From positions 372,001-436,000 of the forward strand of contig JAVKOQ020000006.1 in assembly GCA_031835245.2 (NCBI GenBank): a stretch of DNA of 64,000 nucleotides, in the 5' to 3' direction. How positions within the stretch are numbered: position 1 is the first letter of the stretch; each line of letters starts with the position of its first letter. Source of the DNA: Balamuthia mandrillaris (taxonomy: Eukaryota). This document shows positions 30,864 to 43,426 of this stretch, in pieces. The notes under the pieces are model-generated. The model had not been told where the DNA came from, searched no databases, and saw only the letters and a program-made list of their open reading frames with translations. Position numbers and translations under genes: made by a program.

Positions 30864-33353
30864 TCATAACTTTGGCACTCGTTGAAGCACTAGACCCTTC
30901 AAATATTTGCTCACTCGAAAGTCTCCTTCCTTCCATCGAAAGTCGAGATCTTGTCCCAATTCGCAAACAATCTTCCATTCAGTTTCTTCTTCTGCTTTCT
31001 TCTTACCTCGGCTGGTTTGAAGTTGTTGCAAACCTCCTTTCTCCAAAACATCTCTCTGCCAAGCTTCCTGTCCTTTGGAACGCGTGTTGTTGAAGCACAG
31101 GAGGAAGCCGCCTTGTTGCACGAGAGGAGCGGCCATCGCGACGAGTTGGTGGTAGTCGTTCTTGGCGGAGAAGATACCGCCTTTAATGGTTTGTGTTCGA
31201 GCTAATGCTGGTGGATCCACTATCACTGCTGAATACCTATTTTTTTTTAGAATGGAAGAATAAGACTTCTGTTTGAGATGAGAGAGAGAGAGAGAGAGAG
31301 AGAGATTGAAAGAACAGGAGAAAGAAAAAGACAACAAAGAGAAACGCCAAGATAGACAAGAAAAAGAGAGAATTGAAAGAGAGAGGAGGTACTTCAGTCT
31401 CCTTCGATTAAGTCGAGGAAGTTCAGTAAAGACATCACCAGAAATAAAGGTATGGCGCGACGAAAGTGGTGATCTCATCCCTTTCTGCTGTTGTTTCATC
31501 ACAGCCATCTTCCACAAAGCGCGTCGTTTCCCCTCCAATAAAACGTCCAAGTCATCGTCTTCGTTCACTGAGATGGGCTCCTCGACAGCAATCCCGTTGA
31601 GTACAAAGTTCTTTTTGCCGGTATTAAGGCATTCCTCTGAAGTGTCAATGTTGGTAGTATTCGCTCCAAGCTTGTTTTGTTGGTGTTACAAAAGGCCGTA
31701 AGGAGAAAAGGTAAGAAAAAAGAGAGAGAAAGCAAGAAAGAAGGAAAGTGAAACATAAATTAAGCAGACCGACCTTTGCGGCAGCCATAACGCTCCACGA
31801 ACATGTATGAGCAAAGCAGTTGAGAACAGATAGGTCGTTCACTTCTTTCTCTTCGCTCTTGTCAATGGAAGGCAAAAGCTGTTCCACAAGGAACTGTCGG
31901 TTGGCTCGCTGATCCAAGAACAAACCAGAAGAACGAGATCTAGCCCGTAAGTCAACTAAAAGCTTCACACCATTTTCTTTTACCACGATGCTACCTCTGC
32001 GCCGCTCTTCGCTGTTTTCTTCCTCCTCTACTAATTGGGCTTTTCCCCTTTCTTTTCCCTTTTCGCCTTCGTCCTCTTCCTCCTCTTCTTCATTCTCTTC
32101 GTCGTTGTCTTCTTCCATGTCGTCAAGAAGTTCGTCATCTGCTTCTTTTCCTTTATCTTTTTTCTGTTTTTTGGTTAGTTTCTTTTTCCTGCTTTTGTGT
32201 TGAGCAGCAACAGCTGCCACTGTCGCTCTACGCCGTCGTTCTTTTTCTTCCTCCTCCATAACCTTAAGTATTCTGCTTGCCAATTCTCTCTCCTGCACGA
32301 CGTCTTCTCCTCCATTTCGTTCTTTTTCATCCGCTTGCACTAGTTGCTGCTTTTCGTGACGTTTCTTCCAAAGCTCCCAATATTGCTGTAGTTGTTGTCG
32401 TTGTTGAGTTCTCCAATATCGCTCCACCTCATCCTCTTCTTCCTCTTCATTCATCTGCTTCAAGCCTCGGACAATGTTTTCTGGCGCTTCTTCTGTGCCG
32501 CTTCCTTCTCTCATCAACTGCACCAGCTCTGCTTCCAACTCGCTTAAGATGGCAGCTCGATTGAGAAAGTATCTGCTGGGAGCGTTGGGATTGTCTTTGA
32601 GCCGTCGTCTAATGATAACGCCTCTTAGCCATGGCATCAAGGACGGGCTCATCAACTTATCTCTGGTTTGTTTTGTTAATGAGTTTTTAAATAAAATGAA
32701 AAGGACAAAGGAAAAAAGAAGATAGATGAAAGCGGAACACATCAAGGGAAAGAAAGAAACGACAAGAAACGACAAGAAAGAAAGAAACGACAAGAAAGCA
32801 AGAAACGGAACCTGATGAACGGGAGATATTTGTCCCAATACACAGAGTACGTCTGCACTTCAGCATAGCGACCATACACATCAATAGCCAGCCCCGTCAG
32901 GTCATCCCCGTTCTCATTCACCAGCCGAAACGCCGCATATTTTTTGCTCACCTCCCTTGCTTCTCCCTCTTCTTCTCCTCTTTTCGTTTTGGCTGCGACG
33001 ACACTCAGATTCAATCGGTTTTCTCTCCACAATTGCATGCGATGCCTCAGCGCTTCTAACAGCTTTTCCTCGATGTAGTCTTCTCCCATGGTTGCAGCGC
33101 TCTTTCCTCCGCCATCCTCCTCCTTCGGCCACGTCTTCATCTCGTAGCCGACCAGGCGAATGGGAGGGTTGAGCGTGCCGTCCACCAAGGCCACAGCGCG
33201 CAGCGTTCTCTGGGTGTTGGTGAGCGGAACGAAGCCCCTGCGGTTGCCGAAGAGGGGAAGGAGGTTCTTGCCCAGGGTCCATGGCCGCTGGTTCAGCAAA
33301 AGACGCTCCAAGTCGCCAGCCACGAGCACCGGCAGGCCTCCGCCTTTCTGCAT
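30864..33353 (-). CDS. RlmI/RlmK-like SAM-dependent RNA methyltransferase with long charged insertion; multi-exon
   Basis: FRLVNENGDDLTGLAIDVYG, VKENGVKLLVDL, SGLFLDQRANR, VLNCFAHTCSWSVMAA, GDVF, VIVDPP. Confidence 0.85.
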
Positions 33354-33621
33354 CTTTTTTCCTTAGATCTTATGATCTTTGCGCCGCCCTTCTTTCTATC
33401 TGTTGTGATTATTGATAATTTTTCTGCTTTTTTTGGAAAGCATTATCGACAAAACATAAAAAGTTTGTTAAATTGTCGATGAACTGCAATAATTGTGTTT
33501 TTTTTTTGCCTTTTTATTCGTGTCGTCATGAAATAATGGGTTATGTCGACGATGGTGGTCAACGACTGCTCTTTTGCTGCTGTGATTGAGCTTCATAGCG
33601 AACTGTGTGTGTTTGGCAGCC

Positions 33622-36121
33622 TCACACATCGAACAGCATTCCTCCGTTGGATTCCCATTCCGGCAAGAGGACTCCTCCGTTCGAACGGTTGTGGTTGTGG
33701 CGGAAGGTTGGCTGTCGAGGGTGATCATGGTTCTCAAAGGTCTCATGAACCACTTGGACGCTGCTCAGTCGATTCGCTCGTTGCAGCCCTCTCAAAACAT
33801 CGCTGACGCACTCTGGGCTGGCGTCAGAGTGTTGAGATTGGGGAGAAGGATGAAGATGCCATCCTCGAAGCTCCAGTCGTTGCAAGGTGCGTGGCACGCT
33901 CGCTCCCAAGAGCTCTCCTACAAGAAGTGCCCCAGAACTCCTCAACCCGAAACGTTTGCGGCCATTATCTCGCCTGAAATCAGATATCTTTGACTCAGCA
34001 AGGTCCGCCAGCGCAAACCCTTCCTGAGCTGTTGTCGAAAGGTCTAGTACTTCCTTTGTTGGAGAGAATGAGAGGGAGAGAACGAGATCCAGTAAGTGAA
34101 ACAAAACAAGTGTGAAGAATAAATTACCAGCTTGGAGTGTCTCAGGAAGCGAAGGAACGTTGTGATGAACTGAGCTGACTTTCGATTTGGCTGCGTACGT
34201 TGAAGTGGTTAACTTAATGCGTCAGCACAGAAAGAAAGAGGGAGAAAGAAGTACATATAATTGCTGAAGACGAAGAATGCGCAAGGTGGAAGAGAGAAGA
34301 GACTCTTTTTCAAAAAGCCCAATCAACTCTGAGGTGGTGGCGTTGTGCAGAACCAGTTCTTTGAGGTTCGGGAAAACAGCGAAGAATGCGGCAAAGTCGT
34401 TAGAGTCGTTGAGGTTGCTACCGCGATGAAAACGTGCAACCAGCTTTTCCAACGGAAGAGCAGCCGGGTGAGTGATATCTAAAAGTCCACTTTCAGTTTG
34501 AAGGAATAGTAGAGGAAGAAGAATAAACAACCACACCCTTCAAGAAGAAGAAGAAAAAGAAGAAGAAGAAGAAGAAGAAGAAGCACAAGAACCAGAAGAA
34601 GAACAAAAAGAACAAGTGGAAGAACAAAGAAGAAGAAGGAAGAAAGAAAGAAACAAAAAGAAAGCAAAGGAGACACAGAATAAGCGTAACCTGTTAAGGC
34701 TTTCATGGTTTCCAAGTCTACGCCTACAGCCTTGAGTTGAGGTAATATTTCTATCATTTGATCAAAGCGTGAACCCAACGCCCAATCTTGTCTCGTGTTG
34801 GCGATATTGAGGTGCGACAACGCCGGAAACAAGTGCTTCATCCGGTCTAACATGGCTTCTAGCGAAAGTTGGTAATCTGTCCGGAAGCCCATCAGCGACA
34901 AGTACTGTAAAGCTGGATGGGTTTTGTGGCTGTGGTTGATAAAAAGGATTTCAGAAAGTCAGAAGACCAAAACAAAGACACGAAGACGGAGGAGACGAAA
35001 CAGAAGAAAAGAGAAGAAGAAAAAGAAAGAGAAGCAGTGAAGGAAGTACCTCAAGGCAGCAAGCTTTTTTTCTTTTGCCTGTTTTTTCGCTTTGTCGAAC
35101 TTGGCTTGTCGGTTTTGCTTCTTGTTCCTAGTCGCTTTTGGCAATGGTTTGTCATCCTCCAACGTAAATGTACATTCCTCCATCACCAGTTTCTGTATAA
35201 ACCACAAAGCTCCTGGTTTAACTCTTAAAAACCATGAAAATAAAACTAAACAAACCTGAAGAGTGGGACATAACACTAGCATATCTAACACCTGCATACG
35301 TATTTCATAGCGACTGGATGACGACAAGGCAGGAAGAAAAGCAAGAAATATGGGCGTCAAAGGCAACCAACAAAAGAACAAGAAAAGGGAAGGACTGACC
35401 TGAAAACTAATGTATTGAGTGTTGAACAGCTTGAAAGGATGAGACGAGCAAGTTCAAATGGTGCAATACCGCTGCATTCACTTGCTTCCAAACTACATCA
35501 TGACAGTGAAAGTTATAACGAGCAGCGACAAGAAGAAAACAGTGAATAAAGAGAAGAAGAAAGAGAACGAAAGGAGATTGAAACCATTTGAGCGAAGGAA
35601 GTTTACACAGTTGAACAATGCTGTTGTTGGTTACCGCACATTGGTTGATGTTGACACTTTGCAGATCCTTCCACCTTGACAGAAGTGAAAGGAGAAGCAA
35701 GCAGAACAAGGATGATAAACACATTTTAGAATGCAAGGAAGACGTTTGGGTGTTAAATGGCGAGTGGAGATTACGTTTGTCCTTTGACGTTGGAAGAGAT
35801 CACATTGGCCAACTTAAGGCTAGCCACATTCAAAAAGACAAGGCGTGTCGTCGTTTTGCTCAACTGGCGAAGGAGTTTGTCGTCCAACTGCCAACAATTC
35901 TTTTCATAAAATAAAGTAATTTTAGAATAAGAAACAAAGAGGAAAGAAAGAAGACAACAACGAGAAGCAAAGCAAGAACAAAAGGAGAAAATAGTACGGC
36001 GACAGAGAGGTAGGAAAGCGGACATCTAGCGATGATTTGAACAAGGGATTTGTCCGTTAAGTTGACACAACCGTTGAGTTCTGCAGATGGACATCGTTAG
36101 CAGATACAAAGAGAATACGTA

Positions 36122-36161
<40 letters not shown>

Positions 36162-36164
36162 GAC

Positions 36165-36195
<31 letters not shown>

Positions 36196-37311
36196 AAATG
36201 GGCATTGATACCTAAGCGCTGTAGCTTTGAGCAATTAGCTAGCAAGGATACCGAATGGTCAGTAACGTTGTCACAACCATTCAAATAAACTGCAGTTAAG
36301 CGTTTGCATCTCTTTACGAGACGCATCAAGTGTCTGTCTTCCAGTTCTTTGCAGCCACTTACGTCTAACTTTTGTGCAATAACAGAAGTGAGAAAAGAAA
36401 GCGAGAGATCAGAAGGAAGGAATAATGAATGAAAGATAATGTACTATCGAAAGATTAAAACACTTTCTGGCAACGAGCTCAACGAGCTCAGACAAAGCAA
36501 CGATGGCAAAAGGGTCATTTGGCCCGGAGGGTTGCCTCTTAATAAAAGGTTTCAGTTGAGCGTAGTTGAATGTAGTCGTCGTTGGAGAATAGAAACAATC
36601 CATCGTCGCCAAGTTCATCACTGGTTAAAGTCCGAAAAGCAAATATAAACAATTGAGAGAGACAGGAGAAGAGAGGAGACAGAAAAGAGAAGAGAGAAGC
36701 AGAGAAGCAGAAGCAGAGAAGCAGAGAAGCAGAGAGAGAGAGAGAAGAGAGAAGCGAGAAGCGAGAAGAGAGAAGAGAGAAGAGAGAGAAGAGAGAAGCA
36801 GAGAAGAGAGAAGCAGAGAAGCAGAGAAAGAAAGTAAATAACTTCAGGAAAAAAGGAGAAAGTCTAAAGGTACCTCTGGCATTCACAAGCAAGTCCCACA
36901 AGCGTTCTCGCAAGTCATTCGGCAGCAAATGAAAGCTATACAGTGGTTTCCTCCCTATTTTTTTTCAAAAAATAAACAAATACTGTGATTAGTTACTCGA
37001 AAGAAAGGTGAGAAATGTGTACCGTCCTCAGGTGCTTCTCCCTCTTGATCTACTTCTTCTTCGGTTTCTTCTTCAGACTGTGCTTCATTCCATGCTCGTT
37101 CGTTGGTTTGTGGTTGTTCCTCATCCTTGCTTCGCTCTCTGTCGTTCATCCTGGCATGATGGTGCCGCCCCGTGATCGTGTTGATAACGAACCCCAAGCA
37201 CAGCGTCGTCAGTGCCGGCACAAAGGCCGCCTCCTCCTCTCGCTCCACCAGAACGACATCGTCATCGTCATCGTGGTCGTGGTTGCTGTCGGGTTGCCGC
37301 GGCTCCTCCAT
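33622..37311 (-). CDS. Leucine-rich-repeat protein (FBXL/AMN1-like Cys-containing LRRs); many exons
   Basis: VPALTTLCL N-terminal motif; LRRs such as LDVSGCKELED, LTAVYLNGCDNVTD, LQSVNINQCAVTN, LKELVLHN, LQRLELRG. Confidence 0.7.
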
Positions 37312-37384
37312 GTCAATTACGTCTATATTATATGGAGGACTGAAGGATAGGAGAGAGGATAAGAGCACGGACAGGAGAATGATC

Positions 37385-37580
37385 AGAGGACGTGAGCATG
37401 GATAGGAGCGAGGATAGGAGCATGGATAGGAGCGAGGACATGAGTGAGGACGGAAGCAAGGGCAAGAGAATGGACAAGGGAGGGGATGCCGGATAGGAGA
37501 TAAGACACGAGCATGGACATGAGAATGGGTGAAAGTATGGGAAGGAGACAAGAGCATGCATGGACAAGAGAGTGGATAGG
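37385..37580. repeat. Degenerate ~12-bp minisatellite (GAGCATGGATAG-like) upstream of the LRR gene
   Basis: Repeated gagcatggatag / gagcgaggatag / gagaatggacaa units. Confidence 0.65.
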
Positions 37581-37778
37581 AGAATGCAGAGCACAGCGCC
37601 AGGCACGCTTCTAATCTGACCACCAGCTCTTCTCTTGCCCTTTAGTTCGAAAGTTTCGCTTAGATCCTTTCTGAGAACGTGCTTTCTATATTAGTCCTAC
37701 ATTGGTCTAGTGAAAACAAAAGGCGATGAAGATAACGAGATGAAGAGTGCCAGAGCAATCCATTACACAACAGCACAA

Positions 37779-38004
37779 TTAGAACAAAAGAGCAGCAAGA
37801 CGTGAGGCGCGGGAGCCGTCACCATCCTCAACGCCGTCCTCACTGCCGTGGGAATCGTCCTCACTCCCATCCGTGCTGTGGGTGACTTGGAAGGCGTTCA
37901 CGCCAGCAAACGCAAAAGCCTCAGGGTCGGATTCGTAAGCTTCTTCCAAACCGGCCACGGCGTCCGCTCCTACAACACAAACATCAAAGTCACTTGCAAA
38001 CCCG

Positions 38005-38041
<37 letters not shown>

Positions 38042-38943
38042 TTGTAGGGAAGGAAGGAGCGAGATAGAGAGAGAAGGAAGTAGAGAAAGGGAATGGGAAG
38101 AAGCTAACCAGAAACATTGTCTTCGTTGTCAAGAATCCAAAATTCAATGGTAACGCCGTCGTTGTCCTCCACGATGGTGCCAATCATGATACCATTGGCA
38201 AAGTCACCGATGTCGAGATCTGCAAGCAGAGTAACGATCGCATCCACGACGTCACCCCGGCCCGCCAAGAGGTCAGTGTCTATAGCGATGTTCACGCGAG
38301 GAAGGCCGCCGACAACGTCCTGAAGACCGTCGTTCACAACAGCCACAAGAGAGTTTCCAAACTCGGTCAGGGGCTTGGAGTCCGGGGAGAAGGCCGTCTC
38401 AATAAGGCCGGCCACACTTTCTTCGGCAGCTTCGAGGATGGAACTAGAAAGCTGGCCAAAGACGAAATCCAAGCCCGAGAGGGTGACAGCAATCTCTTCA
38501 AAGCTGAAAACAGGAGCGCCCGCCTCGAAGCGAGCGGACAGAGTAACCACAAAGCTGGCGTTGACGACAAGCAAGCCAGGGAAGTTGTACTCTTCGTTGA
38601 TAACCAGCTGCGCTCCTAGACTTAGGTCGGAGGCGGAGAGGCTTCCCTCAAAGAAACCTTCGCCGTTCAAGACGCTGGCCTCCCAGGTTATGATTCCTTC
38701 TTCAAAGGCGCTGGTGTCGATGGTGACGGAAATATTGTTGGGATGGACGGAGAACTCAAAGGGCTCTCCAAGAGTGGTGGCTAAGGCTGCCAGCAGCTTT
38801 GCGTTGAGGGCGTCGAGGTGAGCTTCGACCTCCACCTTACCGTCGAGCAAGGCGTTGAGGTTCACTCCGGCGAGGGCTTGCTGGGGCGCGAAAGCGGCCA
38901 CCAAGAGGAGAGACAAAACAACCAAAGCCGTCCTGCCGTACAT
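37779..38943 (-). CDS. Secreted or surface protein of unknown function; 2 exons
   Basis: Signal peptide MYGRTALVVLSLLLVAAFAPQQALA, acidic beta-rich body, intron ~38118-37971, acidic linker and hydrophobic end RLAALLF. Confidence 0.7.
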
Positions 38944-39261
38944 GTCTGTGTTGTGTCTGTCGGTCTCCCGTGCAGAAGGAGGAGGAAAAAGTTTTAGAAG
39001 GTGAAAAGTAAAAACACAGACAAGCGGGAGGAACACCATTAAAGCCCCCAGCTGCATCATTATTCATCATTCTCTGGCCTCCAGTCTCCCGGTCGGTTGG
39101 AGCCTGGCCTTTTGGCCAACCAAGAGGCACATGATTAATTGCTATAGCACAAATTTGGATCCAAATTTACTTTTAATGGAATACCACGTCATCAAAATTT
39201 CCAAATGAAGGTGGGTGACGTCAGGAATTTTACGGTTCGGCAGAAGAAGCAACAACAAGGA

Positions 39262-41137
39262 ATGGAGAGTTCTTCTGCTTCTTCTTCTTCCTCTCCGGCC
39301 GGGGGAGAAGCCCTGAGAAGCAGCGATGCTCTGTACCGACGGTTAGGAGCGGGTGCTAGCATCATGCTGCAGAATGAGGAGCGAGAGAAAAGGCCGTCAC
39401 GCATGGATGTAGAGCAGTGGTAATGCTTTCTTTCTTGTCGTTTCTTTCTTTCTTTCTTTCTTTCTTTCCTTTCTTTCTTTCCTTCTTTCTTTCCTTTCTT
39501 TCTTTCTTTCCTAACCAAATGGTAAATAGGTACGAGTACATAAAAGATAAAACTTATGCAACCACTTTTCTCCCTCTCTCTCATGAGGAAGCGGTTGTGC
39601 TTCACAAAGCCTGCGAAGACAGCCGCTTCCTTCGCAAAGGTCTCATCGCCGCTTCCACCCTGAGCGGCGCTCAGCGAGACATTCTTTCGCAGCTCGTAGC
39701 TCGGGTGGAGCAAGCCATCGCTTCTCTTCATCGCACTTTGCCTAGTGGAGAAGGAGACAGTGTCGGTGGTGTGTTTGTGCGTTTGTCCAAAAGAAGGTGA
39801 TTACTATTTTCTTCTCTCGTTTCCTTTTCTTTGATCGGTTATTGTTCTGCATTTTTCCTTCCTTCCTTCCTTCCTTCCTTCCTTCCTTCCTTCCTTCCTT
39901 CCTTCCTTCCTTCCTTCCTTCCTTCCTTCCTTCCTTCCTTCCTTCCTTCCTTCCTTCCTTCCTTCCTTCCTTCCTTCCTTCCTTCTTTCCTCGTTTCACT
40001 TGTCAACATTCTTTGCTTCTTGCTCTAAAACGGTTCGCAACAGCCCTAAAGACTCAAGTTTAACTCATGCATCACTCAAGGAACGATTCTTGGAGGAGCT
40101 GAAGAAAGCAGAAGAGGAAGTGGATGGAACAGAGGAGGAGGAAGTCGCCCAAGTGTTGGCCTTAGTCCGGGTCACCACTTCCATTCTGGCCGTTCGTTCT
40201 GGAGAAGAAGCATTGCACCTTTTGCAAAACAGGTTGGTAAACATTAAATGAAGGAGATAGACGAAAGAAAAAGAAAAACACAAAAGAACTACGCGAGAGA
40301 GAGAGAGAGAGGTAGAGCGAGAACTTAACTCGTGAAAAATACAAACAGCGAGAGGATATTCAACGACCTAACTTTGGGCATTTTGGAGGAAGGCGAAGAC
40401 TACAAGGTGAACATCATTCTTCGCGAGTTTGACCCTCTTTTACGTCCAGAAATGGAGTTCAGGTTTCGTTCTTATTCATTCTTTTCGTTTCTCTGCTTCT
40501 GTTCTTTATTCTCTTTTTATATTTATTTATGATCCGAACAAAAAAAGAGCATTTATCAACGACCGAAAGATGACGGCGTTAACACAATATAACTCGATGT
40601 GTTATGTCCCTGAAATAGTCCGCCACAAGGCGCAGTTGGAAGAGCTAGTTCGCCATTACTTTGAGGCAGAGGTGGAGCCGTTGCTGCCATTCGATTCTTA
40701 TGTGATTGATTTCACGATACGAAAGGACGGACAGCCGTTTATTATTGGTTTAGTTTCTCTCTTACCGTTGCTTTCTTCGTTTTCTTACATTATTCTTACA
40801 TTATTTCGTTATGTGGATACAAAACAGAACTGAATCCATTTGGACGTTGTACGAATGCAGGTTTGCTTTCTCTCTTTCTGTTACTTCGCTTTACTTCTTC
40901 CCCATTCTTCAGTATGCTTTTTTTTTTAAATCATTATTTCTCTTAGGATTGTTCGATTGGGAGAGAGATAAGGATGTACTATACGGCAGCGCTCCGTTCG
41001 AATGCAGAGTGATGGAGCAGCCAACCAACAAGCTAGTGCTGACGGAGCTAGCCGCGCCGCTTCGGCAGCTCCTGCAAGAAGTGCGCCAAGAAGCGGAGAA
41101 AAAGAGGCAAAAGAAGAAGAGATTTTTGTTATTCTGA
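39262..41137 (+). CDS. Cdc123-like ATP-grasp protein (R2K clade); multi-exon
   Basis: VFVRLSKR|SPKDS, SERIFNDL, ILREF..PEMEFR|AFI..TALTQY, SYVIDF, IELNPF..GLFDW. Confidence 0.85.
39857..39985. repeat. Intronic (CCTT)n tetranucleotide microsatellite
   Basis: Direct reading. Confidence 0.95.
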
Positions 41138-41326
41138 AAAGATTGTCCAAAATTTCCAAATCAGCAACAATTTTTCTAAATAAGCAACTTTCGGTTCGGA
41201 GTTTTACCTAATTTGGACAATTCGCTCTTTTATACCCGTTTTCTATGCGAAAATTCATTCAATTATCACTATAGGAAAAAGAAAACGAAAAATAAATAAC
41301 TTTTTGGCCAACGAAAAAAAAAAGAA

Positions 41327-43387
41327 ATGGAAGACAGGAAAGAAGAAGAAGCGGTGTCCATTCTCTCGTTGGCCACGGCGGACGCTGCCTATCCCATCAC
41401 TCAAGAAGACTACATCGAATGGGTCATCCAAAGCGTGCAACTGACGGGAGAGATCGCGGAGGGAGTGCGCAAGCTCGGAGCCCGCTCGGCCATTGAGAAG
41501 AGGTACTTTTGTGTGAACGACGCGCAGGCTCCTCCCAGCGAGTGGCAGGTCTTGCCGAAAGACTTTCCTCAGTCCTCCCCTTCCATGACTGTTCGCAACA
41601 AGTAAGTTATTTTCCATCTCTTTATTTTATAACCGATTGTTTATAGATTTATTATTTCGCTTCTTTAAAAAACAAAAAGAACGTATTGCAGAGAAGCACC
41701 AAAGCTAGCGATAGCAGCGTGTAAAAAGGCGGTTGCTGAGTGGGGAGGTGATCCTGCTCATATCACTCATGTCATTTCTGTCTCTTGCACTGGCGGTAGT
41801 GTTTCCCTCCCTTCTCATGTGCTGCTCGTTTCACTCTCTTCTTTTTATTCTCTCCTTTTCGACCACGCCTTCTTCTTCATGTTCTTCTCCTTATTCTTCT
41901 TGCTCTTCTTCTTCTCTTAACTCTTCTCACTCTGTACAATGTACCTAGTGATGGCACCAGGGTTAGAGTTTCATGTAATGGAGGCGTTGGGCATTCCTCG
42001 CAACGTCCAGCGTTTAGGTATCAATATAATGGGTTGTTTTGGCGCGTTTAGAGGCATTGCCACTGCCAAAGCCTTTGGTATTTCTTTTTTTTTTTAAAGT
42101 CACTTTCTTCCCTCATTGCTAATGACTTATATTGCCAGCACGCGAGAACCCAAAGAATAGAGTACTTCTATTTTGTGCAGAGTTGTGTTCTATACATTTT
42201 CAAAGTAGGTTCTTTGCCATCCCCTTGTTCTTGTTCTTGTTCTTCTTGTTCTTCGTTCTTCGTTCTTCTTCTTCTCCGTCTTTCGACTCCTCCTCTCCCT
42301 CTAGTTATTTTCCTCCTCATCTTCTGTTTACTAAATACCCCTTTTAGCAACTTTATCGTTTGAAACGATGATAGGTAATGCTTTATTCGGAGATGGAGCA
42401 GCTGCTCTCATCATTGGAAGCAATGAAGGCTCTGTTCATGACAAAGAGAAGGCGTTGTGGCACATAGAAGACACTGCCTCCTTCATTCTTGAGCATACAC
42501 CCGATCTAATGACTTGGGAAGCGTCTGATGTTGGTTGGTGTTTTTCTCTCTCTCTCTCTCTCTCTTTGTTTTGTTTGTTTCTCTCTTCAACATTTCTTGT
42601 TGTTTCTCTCTCTCTCTCTCTCTCTCTCTGTTTTGTTTGTTTCTCATATACTTTCATGTATATCAGGTTTCATCATGAAACTATCCGCAAAGATTCCAGA
42701 TTCGTTGAAAGAACACACCCCAAGTTTTGTTCAAAAACTTTTAGGCATGCTACCATTTTTCTCTCTCTTTCCTCTCTTCAACATTTCTTGTTGTTTCTCT
42801 CTCTCTCTCTCTGAGTTCTCTTTCTTTATGACTAACAAAAAATATAGGAAACAGATGTCTTCCTTCTGAATGTGGATGGGCGATTCATCCAGGTGGCAAA
42901 GCCATTGTCAAAGGTTTGGAAGAAGTGTTAAAGCTTCAACCGTGGCAAACAGCCTGCTCTTGGGATGTGCTGAAGAACTATGGCAACATGTCCAGTGTAA
43001 CTTTCCTATACGTGTTGGACAACTTGCGAAAGAAGAATGTTCCCGTTCCAGAAGCTGCTCCTTGGACCATTGGTGTTGGGTTTGTTTTTTGGATTTCTCT
43101 GTTATCCCACACTTTTGCTCACTCTTTTCTCTTTTCTCTCTTCTCCTTTCTCGTCTCCTTCCTTCTCTCTTCTCTCGTTCTCTCGTTCTCTCCTCTCTTC
43201 TTTCTTCTCGCTTCATGTTTTATTTAATCATCGTTTTGCATATTACAGGTTTGGACCAGGTTTGGCTTTGGAGGCAGTTCTTTTGAAAACACCGTTTTGG
43301 CGAAAGACGCAGGAAGAGCAACAACAGCCATTGGTAGTGCCTGAAGCAGGAATAGACCAAAACCAAGTCCCTCAACCCAAAAAATAA
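41327..43387 (+). CDS. Type III polyketide synthase (chalcone/stilbene synthase superfamily), stand-alone; ~8 exons
   Basis: ITHVISVSCTG|VMAPG, catalytic Cys in MGCFGAFRG (~42035), AELCS, ALFGDGAAA, His in WAIHPGG (~42886), Asn in YGNMSS (~42985), GFGPGL. Confidence 0.93.
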
Positions 43388-43426
43388 CAATTTAAGTCTA
43401 TCACTCTTTTTTTTCTGTCAAATTGT

